The position numbers were made by a program, and so were the translations under genes. From an uncultured Chloroflexia bacterium (GTDB lineage Bacteria > Chloroflexota > Dehalococcoidia > DSTF01 > JACRBR01): a stretch of DNA of 64,000 nucleotides. Location of the stretch: contig CAWJLO010000010.1 in NCBI GenBank assembly GCA_963843685.1, positions 390,933 to 454,932 on the forward strand, read 5' to 3'. Under the pieces are notes generated by a model. The model had not been told where the DNA came from and made no database searches. It worked only from the letters and a program-made list of their open reading frames with translations. The stretch's first letter is position 1. Each line of letters starts with the position of its first letter. Below, in pieces: positions 39,653-49,633 of the stretch.

Positions 39653-40048
39653 TCATCCATTGGCGCTTCTCCCGTGGTGCACATCCGCAGCGCGGCGGAT
39701 GGCTTCGACGAGGATCCCGTCAGCTTCGTGCTTGGCGACGAATTCGCTCGCCCCCGCTTCTTCAGCTCGGACTCGCTCGCCCGGTCCGTCGTGCATGCTG
39801 AGCACGACGACGGCGCAGGCGGGCGCCGTCTCGCGGATGAGGCGTGTCGCCGTGAGTCCGTCCATCCCACGCATCTGGACGTCCATGACGATGACGTCCG
39901 GACGGGAGTCGGCAGCGGCCGCGACGGCGGCGGATCCATCGGCCGCCTCCGCCACGACGTCGATATCGGGCTCAAGCGTGAGCCTCATGCGGAGGCCCTT
40001 TCGGACACTCAGCTCGTCGTCGACAACCACGATGCGGATTCGATTCAT
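39653..40048 (-). CDS. Response regulator, receiver domain only (CheY-like)
   Basis: MNRIRIVVVDDELSVRKGLRMRLTLEPDIDVVAEAADGSAAVAAAADSRPDVIVMDVQMRGMDGLTATRLI... carries the phospho-acceptor Asp. No output domain in any frame downstream. Confidence 0.7.
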   Translation of the reverse strand: MNRIRIVVVDDELSVRKGLRMRLTLEPDIDVVAEAADGSAAVAAAADSRPDVIVMDVQMRGMDGLTATRLIRETAPACAVVVLSMHDGPGERVRAEEAGASEFVAKHEADGILVEAIRRAADVHHGRSANG

Positions 40049-40323
40049 CACGTGGGCATCATCGGGGTCGGAGGGTATCGGGGGCATCGCGCATGAGGCG
40101 GTCGCAGAGCCACACCTGCGGTGGATGCCCGTTCTCCCCCGGATGGCGGAGACCCGTGTGATCGTCAGGGGAGGGAGGAGCTGGCCGTCGCTGGCTCGCC
40201 GGCCGGGTGGCGCACTCGGGGATCTAGGCCCTGAAGCTGGGCCACGGCGCAAGGCCGGCGCGATCGCCTGGTTCGTTCACGAACGCGACGAAGATGAACA
40301 TGACGACCGCGGCGGGAGGCAAG

Positions 40324-41352
40324 TTAGCCCAACACGAGCTCCGCGATCATGCGCAGGGCCGGCGGAGGACCGCCGACAAGCAGGGTCGTGGCGACTGTCT
40401 TCTTCCACTCGGCCAGTTCGTCTCTGATCTTGCCGGCGGGCCCGATCAGCGCGACATCTTCAACGAGGCTGGTGGGCACCGCGGCCATCGCATCGCGCGG
40501 CTTGCCGGCGAGGTAGAGCTCCTGGATCTTCTGGCATTCGCTCTCGTAGCCGAGGCGGACAAAGACGTCGTAGTGGAAGTTTTGCGTGCGGGCGCCCATA
40601 CCGCCGATGTACAGCGCAAGCGTGGGCCGCATCATGTCGGCGGCGGCCTCGACATCGTCGTTGACAATGATCGAGACGGCGGCCGGAACCTCGAAGTCGC
40701 TGAGCGTGCGGCGGGCGCCGGGCCGCGCGAAGCCCTCGGCCAGGGCGTTGCGGTAGAAGGCGTCGCTCTTCGGCGAGAAGAACACGGGCATCCAGCCATC
40801 GGCGATCTCGGCGGCCAACGCGACGTTCTTCGGCCCTTCCGCGCCGAGATAGATAGGGATGTCCGGCCTCAGCGGGTGGACGATCGACTTCAGTGGCTTG
40901 CCGAGGCCTGTGCCACCCCGATGTGGCACCTGATACTGCTTGCCAGCGAATTCGAGCGGCTCCTTGCGCGCGACAATGCGCCGGATGATCTCGACGTATT
41001 CGCGCGTGCGCTCGAGCGGACGCGGATACGGCTGGCCGTACCAACCCTCGACAACCTGCGGACCCGACGCGCCGAGTCCGAGTATGAAACGACCGCCGGA
41101 GAGGTGATCGAGGGTGATCGCCGCCATCGCCATCGCTGCCGGCGTGCGCGCGGAGATCTGCGCGATCGACGTGCCGAGCTTGACGCGGGAAGTGCGGCTG
41201 CCCCACCAGGCGAGCGGCGTCAGGGCGTCCGAGCCGTAAGCCTCGGCCGTCCAGATCGAGTCGAAGCCGAGGTCCTCCGCCATCGCGATCGTGTCGTCGA
41301 TAGCGGCCGGCGGCCCGGCGGTCCAGTAGCCGATCGCGAGGCCGAGCTTCAC
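40324..41352 (-). CDS. LLM-class F420-dependent oxidoreductase (luciferase-like monooxygenase family)
   Basis: MKLGLAIGYWTAGPPAA...GRFILGLGASGPQVVEGWYG is typical of the F420-dependent LLM subgroup. GTG start. Confidence 0.8.
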   Translation of the reverse strand: MKLGLAIGYWTAGPPAAIDDTIAMAEDLGFDSIWTAEAYGSDALTPLAWWGSRTSRVKLGTSIAQISARTPAAMAMAAITLDHLSGGRFILGLGASGPQVVEGWYGQPYPRPLERTREYVEIIRRIVARKEPLEFAGKQYQVPHRGGTGLGKPLKSIVHPLRPDIPIYLGAEGPKNVALAAEIADGWMPVFFSPKSDAFYRNALAEGFARPGARRTLSDFEVPAAVSIIVNDDVEAAADMMRPTLALYIGGMGARTQNFHYDVFVRLGYESECQKIQELYLAGKPRDAMAAVPTSLVEDVALIGPAGKIRDELAEWKKTVATTLLVGGPPPALRMIAELVLG

Positions 41353-41356
41353 GACG

Positions 41357-42482
41357 CTAGCCCTTCACAGCGACGTCGAGCGTCGCCGACATGCGCTCGA
41401 CCGTCGCGACGTAGTCCTCCACTATGGAGTAGATGATCTCGCGGGCGGGCCGAGCGGACTTCATGCTGCCGACGATCTGCCCCACCGGCGTACCCACGAG
41501 CTCCCGAGCGCCGGACTGGTCGCTGCCGCAGTAGCGGTGCATGCGGCTCTGCGCCTCCGCCACGACCATGAACTGCAGCGGCATCGGGAGCGCGCCGGGG
41601 GAGTCGGGGCCGTCCCACGCGTCCGTCCAGGGCGTGCGGAGTTGGCGTGCAGGCTTGCCGCTCATGGAACGCGAACGCACGGTGTCGCGCGAGGTGGCGG
41701 AGAAGAGTTTCTCCTGGACGACGGGGTGCGTGTCGGACTCGGCGGCGGTGAGCCAGATCGAGCCCGTCCACACACCTTCGGCCCCGAGCGCGAGCGCAGC
41801 GGCCGCCTGCCGCCCGCTGCCGATGCCGCCGGCCGCGAGCACGGGGCGCGGCGCGACGGCGGCGACCACTTCCGGGATCAGCACCATCGACGTCACCTCG
41901 CCGGTGTGACCGCCGGCCTCGTAGCCCGACGCGACGATGATATCCGTGCCGGCAGCGACCTGCTGTTGCGCCTGGTGGGCGCTGCCGACGAGCGCGGCCA
42001 CCTTCACGCCGCGATCGTGCGCCTTCTCGATGACGTCCGACGGCGGCGCGCCGAGCGCGTTCGCCAGCAGGCGGATTCGGGTGCGATAGCGCGATGTCAA
42101 CCTGCGTGCGCGCCTGGTCGTGCGTCCATGCGAGGAGTCCGGCCGCGGCGGGGACGTCCGGTGGCAGCGGCGGCACGTTGAAGCGCCGGAGCGTATCCTC
42201 CACGAACTTACGGTGCTGCTCCGGGATCATCTTCTCGAAGTCGTCGGGCGCGGCGGCGCTGACGGACGACGCCGGCATGACGACGTCCACGCCGTACGGC
42301 TTGCCGTCGACGTGCTCGTCGATCCATTTCAGCTCGATCTCGAGCTGGTCGGTCGAGAAGGCGAGCGCGCCGAGCACGCCCATGCCGCCCGCGCGACTGA
42401 CGGCGGCGACGACGTCGCGGCAATGACTGAACGCGAAGATGGGGAACTCAATGCCGAACTCGTCGCAGATGCGTGTGTGCAT
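41357..42482 (-). CDS. Nitronate monooxygenase / 2-nitropropane dioxygenase (NMO) family protein, apparent +1 frameshift near 42080-42095
   Basis: The N-terminal part (MHTRICDEFGIEFPIFAFSHCRDVVAAVSRAGGMGVLG...QARTQVDIALS) is in the frame of track ORF 41349..42482. The downstream part (RTRIRLLANALGAPPSDVIEKAHDRGVKVAALVGSAHQAQQQVAAGTDIIVASGYEAGGHTG...) is in the frame of ORF 41357..42100. Strong RBS GAGGAGG upstream. Confidence 0.75.
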
Positions 42483-42492
42483 ATCGGCCTCC

Positions 42493-43707
42493 TCAGCGTT
42501 CTGGCGTGAACCGCACCGGAAGATGCTTGATGCCGTTGATGAAGTTGGAGCGGAGCCGGTTGGGCTTTCCGGCCGGCTCCATGTCGGGCAGCCGGCGGAA
42601 CAACTCCTCGAAGATCACCTTGATCTCAAGCCGAGCCAGACTGGCGCCAAGGCAGAAGTGGTGTCCGCCGCCACCGAACGCCACGTGTGCATTCGGGCTG
42701 CGCCCCACGTCGAACGTGTCGGCGTCCTCGAAGACGTCCTCGTCTCGATTCGCCGACGGGTAGTACATCACGACCTTCTCGCCCTCGCGAATTCGCTGAC
42801 CCCGGATCTCGACATCGCGCGTGGCCGTACGGCGGAAGTAGATCAGCGGCGACACCCAGCGCAGCATCTCCTCGACGGCGACCGGCATCAGCGACGGATC
42901 GTCGATGAGGCGCTGGCGCTGAGCGGAATGCTCCATAAAGGTCTGCATCGCGCCGGAGATCAGGTTGCGGGTGGTCTCGTTGCCGGCGACGCAGAGGAGC
43001 AGGAAGAAGGCATCGAACTCCGGCTCGCTGAGCAGCACGCCGTCGACCTCAGCCTGCAGCAGCACGCTGATCAGATCGTCGCGCGGAGATTCGCGGCGTT
43101 GTGCCGCAAGCTGGTGCGCATAGAGGAAGAGCTCCGTGGCCGCGTTGGCGCCGTCTTCCGGGGATGTCGTGAGCTCAGGATCGTCAAATCCAATCAGCCG
43201 GTTGCTCCAGTCGAACACCTTGTGACGGTCTTCCTGCGGCACGCCGACCATCTCGGTAATCACCTGCAACGGCAGCTCTGCGGCCACCTCGGTCACGAAG
43301 TCGCACTCGCCACGCTGGGCGATGCCATCGATGATCTTCGCCGTGATCTCGCGCACGTGCGGCTCGAGCTTGCGGATCATCGACGGCGTGAAACCCTGGG
43401 CGACGAGGCGCCGATAGACGGTGTGACGCGGCGGATCCATGTTCAGCATCAGCGTCTGGATCATGGCGAGCCCTTCGGGAGACGGATCCTCGATGTTTGT
43501 CCCCATCCGCGCGGAGGAGAACGTGGCCGAGTCCTGTGAGACGGTGACGATGTCGTCGTACTTCGTCAGCGCCCAGTAGCCGGGCCCGTTCGTCTCTTCG
43601 TGCCAGTAAACAGGCGCTTCTCGTCGCAGCCGCTTGAACACGTCGTGCGGCACGCGCTCGACGTACGAGTCGGCGCTGTAGAGTTCTACTTCCGTGAGCT
43701 GGACCAT
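42493..43707 (-). CDS. Cytochrome P450
   Basis: I-helix AGNETT, EEMLRW (ExxR), heme loop FGGGGHHFCLGASLA. 404 aa. Confidence 0.9.
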   Translation of the reverse strand: MVQLTEVELYSADSYVERVPHDVFKRLRREAPVYWHEETNGPGYWALTKYDDIVTVSQDSATFSSARMGTNIEDPSPEGLAMIQTLMLNMDPPRHTVYRRLVAQGFTPSMIRKLEPHVREITAKIIDGIAQRGECDFVTEVAAELPLQVITEMVGVPQEDRHKVFDWSNRLIGFDDPELTTSPEDGANAATELFLYAHQLAAQRRESPRDDLISVLLQAEVDGVLLSEPEFDAFFLLLCVAGNETTRNLISGAMQTFMEHSAQRQRLIDDPSLMPVAVEEMLRWVSPLIYFRRTATRDVEIRGQRIREGEKVVMYYPSANRDEDVFEDADTFDVGRSPNAHVAFGGGGHHFCLGASLARLEIKVIFEELFRRLPDMEPAGKPNRLRSNFINGIKHLPVRFTPER

Positions 43708-43738
43708 GGTGTGTTCTCCTGTCCGGGGTATAGAGCGA

Positions 43739-44932
43739 TCAGTACGATCGCGGCAGTCCGAGGCTCCACTCCGACACGTAGTTCAGGATCATCTCGCGGC
43801 TGACGGGCGCCGTCTTAAAGAGGCGTGCGCCGAACCAGAGGTGGATGAGGCCGAAGTCCTCCGAGAAGCCGTTGCCTCCGTGCGTCTCCAGCGCCGCGTC
43901 AACCGCTTTGAGCGCGAGATCCGCGCCGAGGAACTTCGCCATGTTCGCCTGCGTGCCCACTTCGAGCGGGTCGAGCCCCTGATCGAACGACCACGCGGCG
44001 CGATACATCATCAGCTTCACCGCTTCGTGCCAGATCTTCGCTTCGGCCAGGGGGTGCGCGATCGACTGGTAGGCGCCGATCGGCGTGTCCTTGAACACGA
44101 CGCGCTCCTTCGCGTAGGCGACGGACTTCTCCAGACACTGCTGCGCCATCCCGGAGCAGATGGCGGCGGCGAGGATGCGCTCCGGGTTGAGGGAGTTGAA
44201 CATCGCCAGCGCGCCGTTCCCCTCCGTGCCGACGATGTTGCCCGCCGGCACGACGACGTCGTCGAAGAAGAGCTGAAACTGGCCGGCGCCGTCGTTCGCC
44301 GGCGTTGGCAGCAGCGTCTTCTCCAGTCCGGGCGACTTCGTGTCGACGAGGAACAGCGAGATCCCCTGGGACTTCGACTTCCCCTCAGCCTGCAGCTCCT
44401 GCACCGTCGTCGTCCGGGCAACGAGCAGCATGTAGTCGGCCTGGTCGACGCCGGTGATGAAGATCTTCTGCCCGTTGATGCGATAGCTGTCGCCGTCCCG
44501 CTTCGCGTGCGTCTCCACGCGGAATGTGTTCGTGCCGGCGTTGGGCTCGGTGACAGCGAAGCAGAGCTTTGTGCGCCCGGCGACAATCTCCGGCAGGAAG
44601 CGGCGCTTTAGCTCCTCCGTGCCGTTGCGGACGATGCACGCGGCGTCCATCGATGTCACGAGCATCAGCCCCGGGAAGAATCCCTGTGCGGTGAGCTCCT
44701 CGAAGGCGATGGTGAGCGCAAGCAGGCCGGCGTTTGTGCCGCCGTACTCCTCCGGCACCAGGCAACCGAGCAGGCCGATGCTGGCGAAGTCGTCCCACAG
44801 CTCCTGCGGAAACTTCCGCTCGGCGCTCATGCGGCGGAACTCCTCGCGGCGCGGGACGTACTTCTGGAGCATCGTCCGGACGGAGGTCCGCACGAGCTGC
44901 TGCTCGTCGCTCAGGGCGAAGTCCAAACTCAT
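43739..44932 (-). CDS. Acyl-CoA dehydrogenase
   Basis: MSLDFALSDEQQLVRTSV...AVTEPNAGTN...ETHGGNGFSEDFGL. 397 aa from the ATG at 44932. Confidence 0.85.
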   Translation of the reverse strand: MSLDFALSDEQQLVRTSVRTMLQKYVPRREEFRRMSAERKFPQELWDDFASIGLLGCLVPEEYGGTNAGLLALTIAFEELTAQGFFPGLMLVTSMDAACIVRNGTEELKRRFLPEIVAGRTKLCFAVTEPNAGTNTFRVETHAKRDGDSYRINGQKIFITGVDQADYMLLVARTTTVQELQAEGKSKSQGISLFLVDTKSPGLEKTLLPTPANDGAGQFQLFFDDVVVPAGNIVGTEGNGALAMFNSLNPERILAAAICSGMAQQCLEKSVAYAKERVVFKDTPIGAYQSIAHPLAEAKIWHEAVKLMMYRAAWSFDQGLDPLEVGTQANMAKFLGADLALKAVDAALETHGGNGFSEDFGLIHLWFGARLFKTAPVSREMILNYVSEWSLGLPRSY

Positions 44933-44960
44933 CGTTTCGATCCGTTCTCCCGTGTCAGCG

Positions 44961-45767
44961 TTATCGCCCCTTGAACTGCGGCACGCGCTTCTCTTTGAAG
45001 GCGCGTGGCCCTTCGCGCGCGTCCTCGGTCGTATACACCTGCTGACCGATGCGGAAGTCAACCTCAAGCGCCTCCGCCTCCGGGAGGCACTCAGTGGCGA
45101 TCACCGCTTCCTTGATCTTCTGCACGGCCACCGGGCCATTCGCCGCGACCTTCGCCGCCATCTCACGCGCGGCAGCGAGCGCCCCGCCCTTCGGCACGAC
45201 ACGTCCGATCAGGCCGAAGCTCAGCGCCTCGTCCGCCGGGTACATGTCGGCGGTGAGGAGCATCTCCATCGCCTTCGTATACGGGATCTGGCGGCGCAGA
45301 CGGATGACGCTCCCGCCCTGCGGGTAGAGCGACCACTTGGCCTCCGTCACGCCGAACACGCTGCCCTCTCCGGCGACGCGGATGTCCGTCCCCTGGAGGA
45401 TCTCGGTCCCGCCCGCGACGCAGTAGCCCTCGACAGCGGCGATCAGCGGCTTCTTGAGCTGCCTGTTCCGAAGGAGACCATCGAAGATGATCGTGTAGTC
45501 AGCACGGATCCGCTCCTCGAACTCGTCCTCCGGGGGGAAGCCGGCCATCGACCGCGCGACGAGCTTGTCGAGGTCGGCGCCCGCGCAGAAGTCGTCGCCT
45601 GCGCCGGTGAGGATGGCGCAGCGGACGTCGGGATCGTCGTCGATGCTCTTCCAGGCGTCAGCGAGGCGGCAGAGCATCTCCATGTTGATGGCGTTCTTTA
45701 CCTCGGGCCGGTTCATCGTCAGCGTCACGAGGTGGCCGTCGCGTTCGACGAGCAGCGCTGGGTTCAC
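44961..45767 (-). CDS. Enoyl-CoA hydratase/isomerase (crotonase) family protein
   Basis: LTMNRPEVKNAIN...ILTGAGDDFCAGADL is the crotonase oxyanion-hole motif. Confidence 0.85.
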   Translation of the reverse strand: MNPALLVERDGHLVTLTMNRPEVKNAINMEMLCRLADAWKSIDDDPDVRCAILTGAGDDFCAGADLDKLVARSMAGFPPEDEFEERIRADYTIIFDGLLRNRQLKKPLIAAVEGYCVAGGTEILQGTDIRVAGEGSVFGVTEAKWSLYPQGGSVIRLRRQIPYTKAMEMLLTADMYPADEALSFGLIGRVVPKGGALAAAREMAAKVAANGPVAVQKIKEAVIATECLPEAEALEVDFRIGQQVYTTEDAREGPRAFKEKRVPQFKGR

Positions 45768-45771
45768 GCGA

Positions 45772-47406
45772 TCATCCTTTCGTCCCGGCGGCGGGCGCCG
45801 CCATGCTGGTTTCGATCGCGCGTTCCTTCGCCCACTTGTAATCGGTCTTACCGCTCGGCGAGCGCATCACTTCTTCGACGATCGTGAGCTGGCGAGGCAC
45901 CTTGTAGCCGGAGATCTTCGTCCGGGCGTATGCATCCAGGTCGGCGAGTGTGAGCGTGTGACCGGGCCGGAGCTGCACGACGGCAGCGACGCGCTCGCCC
46001 CAGCGCTCGTCCGGCACGCCGACGACGACGGCGTCAAAGATCGCCTCATGCGACTTGAGCGCGGACTCGACCTCGTCCGGGTAGATCTTTTCGCCGCCGC
46101 TGTTGATGCAGACCGAGCCGCGGCCGAGCAGCGTGACCGTACCGTCGGCCTCAACGGTGGCTCGGTCGCCCGGGATCACCCATCGGACGCCGTTCTCGTC
46201 TGTCATGAACGTGGCGGCCGTCTTCTTCTCGTCCTTGTAGTAGCCCAGCGGCATGCGGCCACGCCGCGCGACCATGCCGACGACGCCGGAGCCGGGCGCT
46301 ACGGGCCGCAGGTTCTCGTCCAGCACCGCGGAGTTGGCGTCGACCATGAAGCGCGGCTTGCCGCCCTCGTTCGTCCCGAGATTCATGCCCGAGTGACCCA
46401 CCTCCGACGCGCCGAGGGCGTCAATGAGGAGGGTGTTGGGGAGCTGCGCCTTGAGCTGGTCCTTCACCGCCTGCGAGAAGACGGCGCCACCGGACGAGAT
46501 CACGGCCAGCGACGATGTGTCGTACGAGGCGCCGGGGGCGGCGAGCGCCTCCGCCAGGGGCCTCGCCATCGCGTCGCCAACGATCACGAGGATGTTGACG
46601 CGCTCCTTGCCGACCAGCGTCCAGATCTCGTGCGTGTCCATGCGGTGGCTGGTCGTCAGCACGGCTTTGCCGCCGCCGTGCAGGCCGATCATCACAGACC
46701 AGTGTCCGTTTCCGTGCATCAGCGGCGCGACGGGCAGCGTGCACGTGGGATTGGGGTTCTTTCTCGCGTTCTCGCCGAGCTCTTCAGGGCGGGTGATGTC
46801 GGGTCCGCCCGGGTTGCCGCCCTGCAGTCCGCCGAAGAACATGTCCTCCTGCCGCCACATGACCCCCTTGGGCATGCCGGTCGTGCCACCGGTGTACAGC
46901 AGGTAGAGGTCGTCGGCGGAGCGCGGGCCGAAGTCACGCGCGGGGGACGCCGCGGCCAGCGCAGCCTCGTACTCGACGTCGCCCGCGCTCGCCGGGCTCG
47001 CTTCCGTGCCATCTTCCACAAGCACGAAGTGCCGCAGCGTCTTCACCGTCGGCGCGACGGCGGCAACTCGCTGCGCGAACTCGCGGTGGTACACGAGCGC
47101 CGCGAGGTCAGCGTCGTCGAAGAGATACTTCAGCTCGTCCTCCACGTACCGGAAGTTGATGTTCACAGGGGCGGCGCGGATCTTGTACGCCGCGAGCGCC
47201 GCCTCGACGTACTCGATGCAGCTGTAGAGATAGAGGCCGATGTGATCGCCGGCGCGGATGCCGCTGTCGAGGAAGTGGTGGGCCAGCCGGTTGGACCGCT
47301 CATCAAGCTGCGCGAACGTCAGGCGGCGATCGCCATGCACGAGCGCCTCGCGCCCAGGGACGGCGTCGGCAACGCATTCGTACAGGTCAGCGAGATTGAA
47401 CTCCAT
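45772..47406 (-). CDS. Acyl-CoA synthetase (AMP-forming), FadD-like
   Basis: LYTGGTTGMPKGV (AMP-binding motif I). 544 aa. Confidence 0.85.
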   Translation of the reverse strand: MEFNLADLYECVADAVPGREALVHGDRRLTFAQLDERSNRLAHHFLDSGIRAGDHIGLYLYSCIEYVEAALAAYKIRAAPVNINFRYVEDELKYLFDDADLAALVYHREFAQRVAAVAPTVKTLRHFVLVEDGTEASPASAGDVEYEAALAAASPARDFGPRSADDLYLLYTGGTTGMPKGVMWRQEDMFFGGLQGGNPGGPDITRPEELGENARKNPNPTCTLPVAPLMHGNGHWSVMIGLHGGGKAVLTTSHRMDTHEIWTLVGKERVNILVIVGDAMARPLAEALAAPGASYDTSSLAVISSGGAVFSQAVKDQLKAQLPNTLLIDALGASEVGHSGMNLGTNEGGKPRFMVDANSAVLDENLRPVAPGSGVVGMVARRGRMPLGYYKDEKKTAATFMTDENGVRWVIPGDRATVEADGTVTLLGRGSVCINSGGEKIYPDEVESALKSHEAIFDAVVVGVPDERWGERVAAVVQLRPGHTLTLADLDAYARTKISGYKVPRQLTIVEEVMRSPSGKTDYKWAKERAIETSMAAPAAGTKG

Positions 47407-47420
47407 GTCCCCTCCTCCCG

Positions 47421-48572
47421 CTACGGTTTCTCACTGCCGAGGATCCACATCGAAAAGAACTGCGAGCCGCCGCCATACGCGTGGCCGAGAGCTGTGCGCA
47501 CGCCGTCGACCTGATGCTCGCCGGCGCGGCCGCGCACCTGCAGCGCCGCTTCGGCGAAGCGCAGCATGCCCGAGGCGCCGATCGGGTTCGACGAAAGCAC
47601 GCCTCCCGACGGGTTGACGGGCATGTCGCCGTCGAACGCCGTCGAGCCGTCGACGACCATGCGCCATCCTTCCGTCTCAGGCGCGAACCCCAGGTTCTCC
47701 ATCCACATCGGCTCGTACCAGCTGAACGGCACGTAGATCTCCGCGACGTCAATCTCGCGACGGGGATTCGTGATGCCCGCCTGACGATAGACCTCGGAGG
47801 CGCAGTCACGCCCTGCCCGCGGGTTCACCTGATCGCGGCCGGCGAACATCGTCGGCTCGCTGCGCATGGCCGAGGCGTGGACCCAGGCAGGCCGATCGAT
47901 GTTCGCGGCGGCGGACTCGCTCGCGAGCACCATCGCGCAGGCACCGTCGGACGACGGGCAGGTCTCAAGGAAGCGGATGGGATCCCAGAGCATCGGCGAC
48001 TCTGCGATCTTCGCCATCGTTATGTCTTCCATGTGCAGGTGCGCGTACGGATTGCGCATCGCGTTGACGCGGTCCTTGAGCGCGACGCGCATGCCGACGT
48101 CAGCCGGGGCGCCCGAGCGGCGGATGTAGGCGCGGATGTGCGGCGCAAAGTAGCCGCCGGCGCCGGCGACGACCGCCGGCTGGAACGGCAGCTTCGGCGC
48201 CAATGCCCACATGGCATCACTCTCGGACTGTTTCTCGAAGGCGACGGTGAGCACGCGCTGATGCAGTCCCGCCTGCACCAGACTCGCCGCGACGAGCGCC
48301 GTCGACCCGCCGACGCTGCCGGCAGTGTGGACGCGCATCATCGGCTTGCCCGCACATCCGAGGGCATCCGCCAGGTACAGCTCAGGCATCATCACGCCTT
48401 CGAACATGTCTGGCGCCTTGCCGATGACGACGGCGTCGATGTCACGCCACGTGAGTGAGGCGTCTTCGAGCGCACGCAACGCGGCTTCCCGCAACAGGCC
48501 CGGGATCGAGACGTCTTCCCGTCGCGCGGCGTGCTTCGTCTGGCCGATGCCGATGACGGCGCAGCGTTCCAT
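47421..48572 (-). CDS. Thiolase-like protein (SCP-x/lipid-transfer-protein-type thiolase)
   Basis: Thiolase fold with C-terminal NPSGG...GASG motifs. Probable start MERCAVIGIGQTK at 48572 (ORF track 47421..48614). Confidence 0.75.
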   Translation of the reverse strand: MERCAVIGIGQTKHAARREDVSIPGLLREAALRALEDASLTWRDIDAVVIGKAPDMFEGVMMPELYLADALGCAGKPMMRVHTAGSVGGSTALVAASLVQAGLHQRVLTVAFEKQSESDAMWALAPKLPFQPAVVAGAGGYFAPHIRAYIRRSGAPADVGMRVALKDRVNAMRNPYAHLHMEDITMAKIAESPMLWDPIRFLETCPSSDGACAMVLASESAAANIDRPAWVHASAMRSEPTMFAGRDQVNPRAGRDCASEVYRQAGITNPRREIDVAEIYVPFSWYEPMWMENLGFAPETEGWRMVVDGSTAFDGDMPVNPSGGVLSSNPIGASGMLRFAEAALQVRGRAGEHQVDGVRTALGHAYGGGSQFFSMWILGSEKP

Positions 48573-49633
48573 CAACGGCCCTCCATCACGCAGACCAGAT
48601 TCTGCTGCAGGCACGGGCCCGACGTCGCGTGGGCGACGGCGCGCTTGGCAGAACCGTCGATGATGCGCTGCGCGGCTTCGCCGATGCGGATCAGGCCCGC
48701 CGCCATCACCGGATTGGCCGTCAGCGCGCCGCCGGACGGGTTTACGGCGACGTCATCGCCCAGGCCGAGCGCGTCGCGCAGGATGAGCTCCTGGTGCGTG
48801 AACGGAGCGTGCAGTTCGGCAACCTCGACCGGGACATGGCCGTTGCCGAGCCCCGCGTGCCTGGCCGCGAGCTCGGTCGACGTGGAGCGGGCGAGATCGC
48901 GCGCTCCGAGCGACGCCGGCTCGATGCGGTGATCGATGCCGCGGATCCACGCCGGGCGCTCGCAGACCTTGCGCGCGAGATCGCCGGCGGCGAGCACGAC
49001 GGCGGCGGCGCCATCGGAGATCGGAGGACAGTCGTGCTTGCGCAGCGGCGACACGAACGACGGCGCGGCGAGCGCGCCTTCGACGTCAAGCGCGTCACGC
49101 ACCTGGGCGCTCGGGTTGAATGCGGCGTCCCGACGGCTGCGTGCGGCGACCATCGCCATGTCGCGCTGCGTGTACTTTCCGGCATCGAGCAGAGCGCGGG
49201 CCTGGAGCGCGGCGACGCTGACCGAGTCGGGCCAGAGCGGAGCGACGCAGTACGGGTCGAGTTGCAGCGCGAGGACGTCGGGGAGGTCGCCGAGGGATGA
49301 CTTGCCGAACGCGTACACGAGCGCGGAGTCGATGTCGCCATGCTGGAGGCGCACCCACGCCTCGTACAACGCCCAGGCGCCGTCCATCTCGACGTGCGAC
49401 TCCGCCACCGGCGGCCAAGCGCCGACAGCGTCCAGCGCCATGACGAAGGCGAACGGCTGGCCGGCGAGGTAGTCGGACGAGCCGGAGCAGACGAAGCCCA
49501 GCGAGTGACGGTCGATACCGGATCGCTCCAGCGCCTCGCTGACGACCGGCATGAGGATCTCGACCTCGTTGCGACGGGTATCGGAGCGCACGCTCGGCGC
49601 CTGCGCGAACGAGACGACGGCCACGTCGCGCAT
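48572..49633 (-). CDS. Thiolase-like protein (Ltp/aldolase-type paralog)
   Basis: 353 aa with a thiolase-like C-terminal VAVNPSGGALTANPVMAAGL. TGATG overlap with the downstream paralog. Confidence 0.75.
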   Translation of the reverse strand: MRDVAVVSFAQAPSVRSDTRRNEVEILMPVVSEALERSGIDRHSLGFVCSGSSDYLAGQPFAFVMALDAVGAWPPVAESHVEMDGAWALYEAWVRLQHGDIDSALVYAFGKSSLGDLPDVLALQLDPYCVAPLWPDSVSVAALQARALLDAGKYTQRDMAMVAARSRRDAAFNPSAQVRDALDVEGALAAPSFVSPLRKHDCPPISDGAAAVVLAAGDLARKVCERPAWIRGIDHRIEPASLGARDLARSTSTELAARHAGLGNGHVPVEVAELHAPFTHQELILRDALGLGDDVAVNPSGGALTANPVMAAGLIRIGEAAQRIIDGSAKRAVAHATSGPCLQQNLVCVMEGR

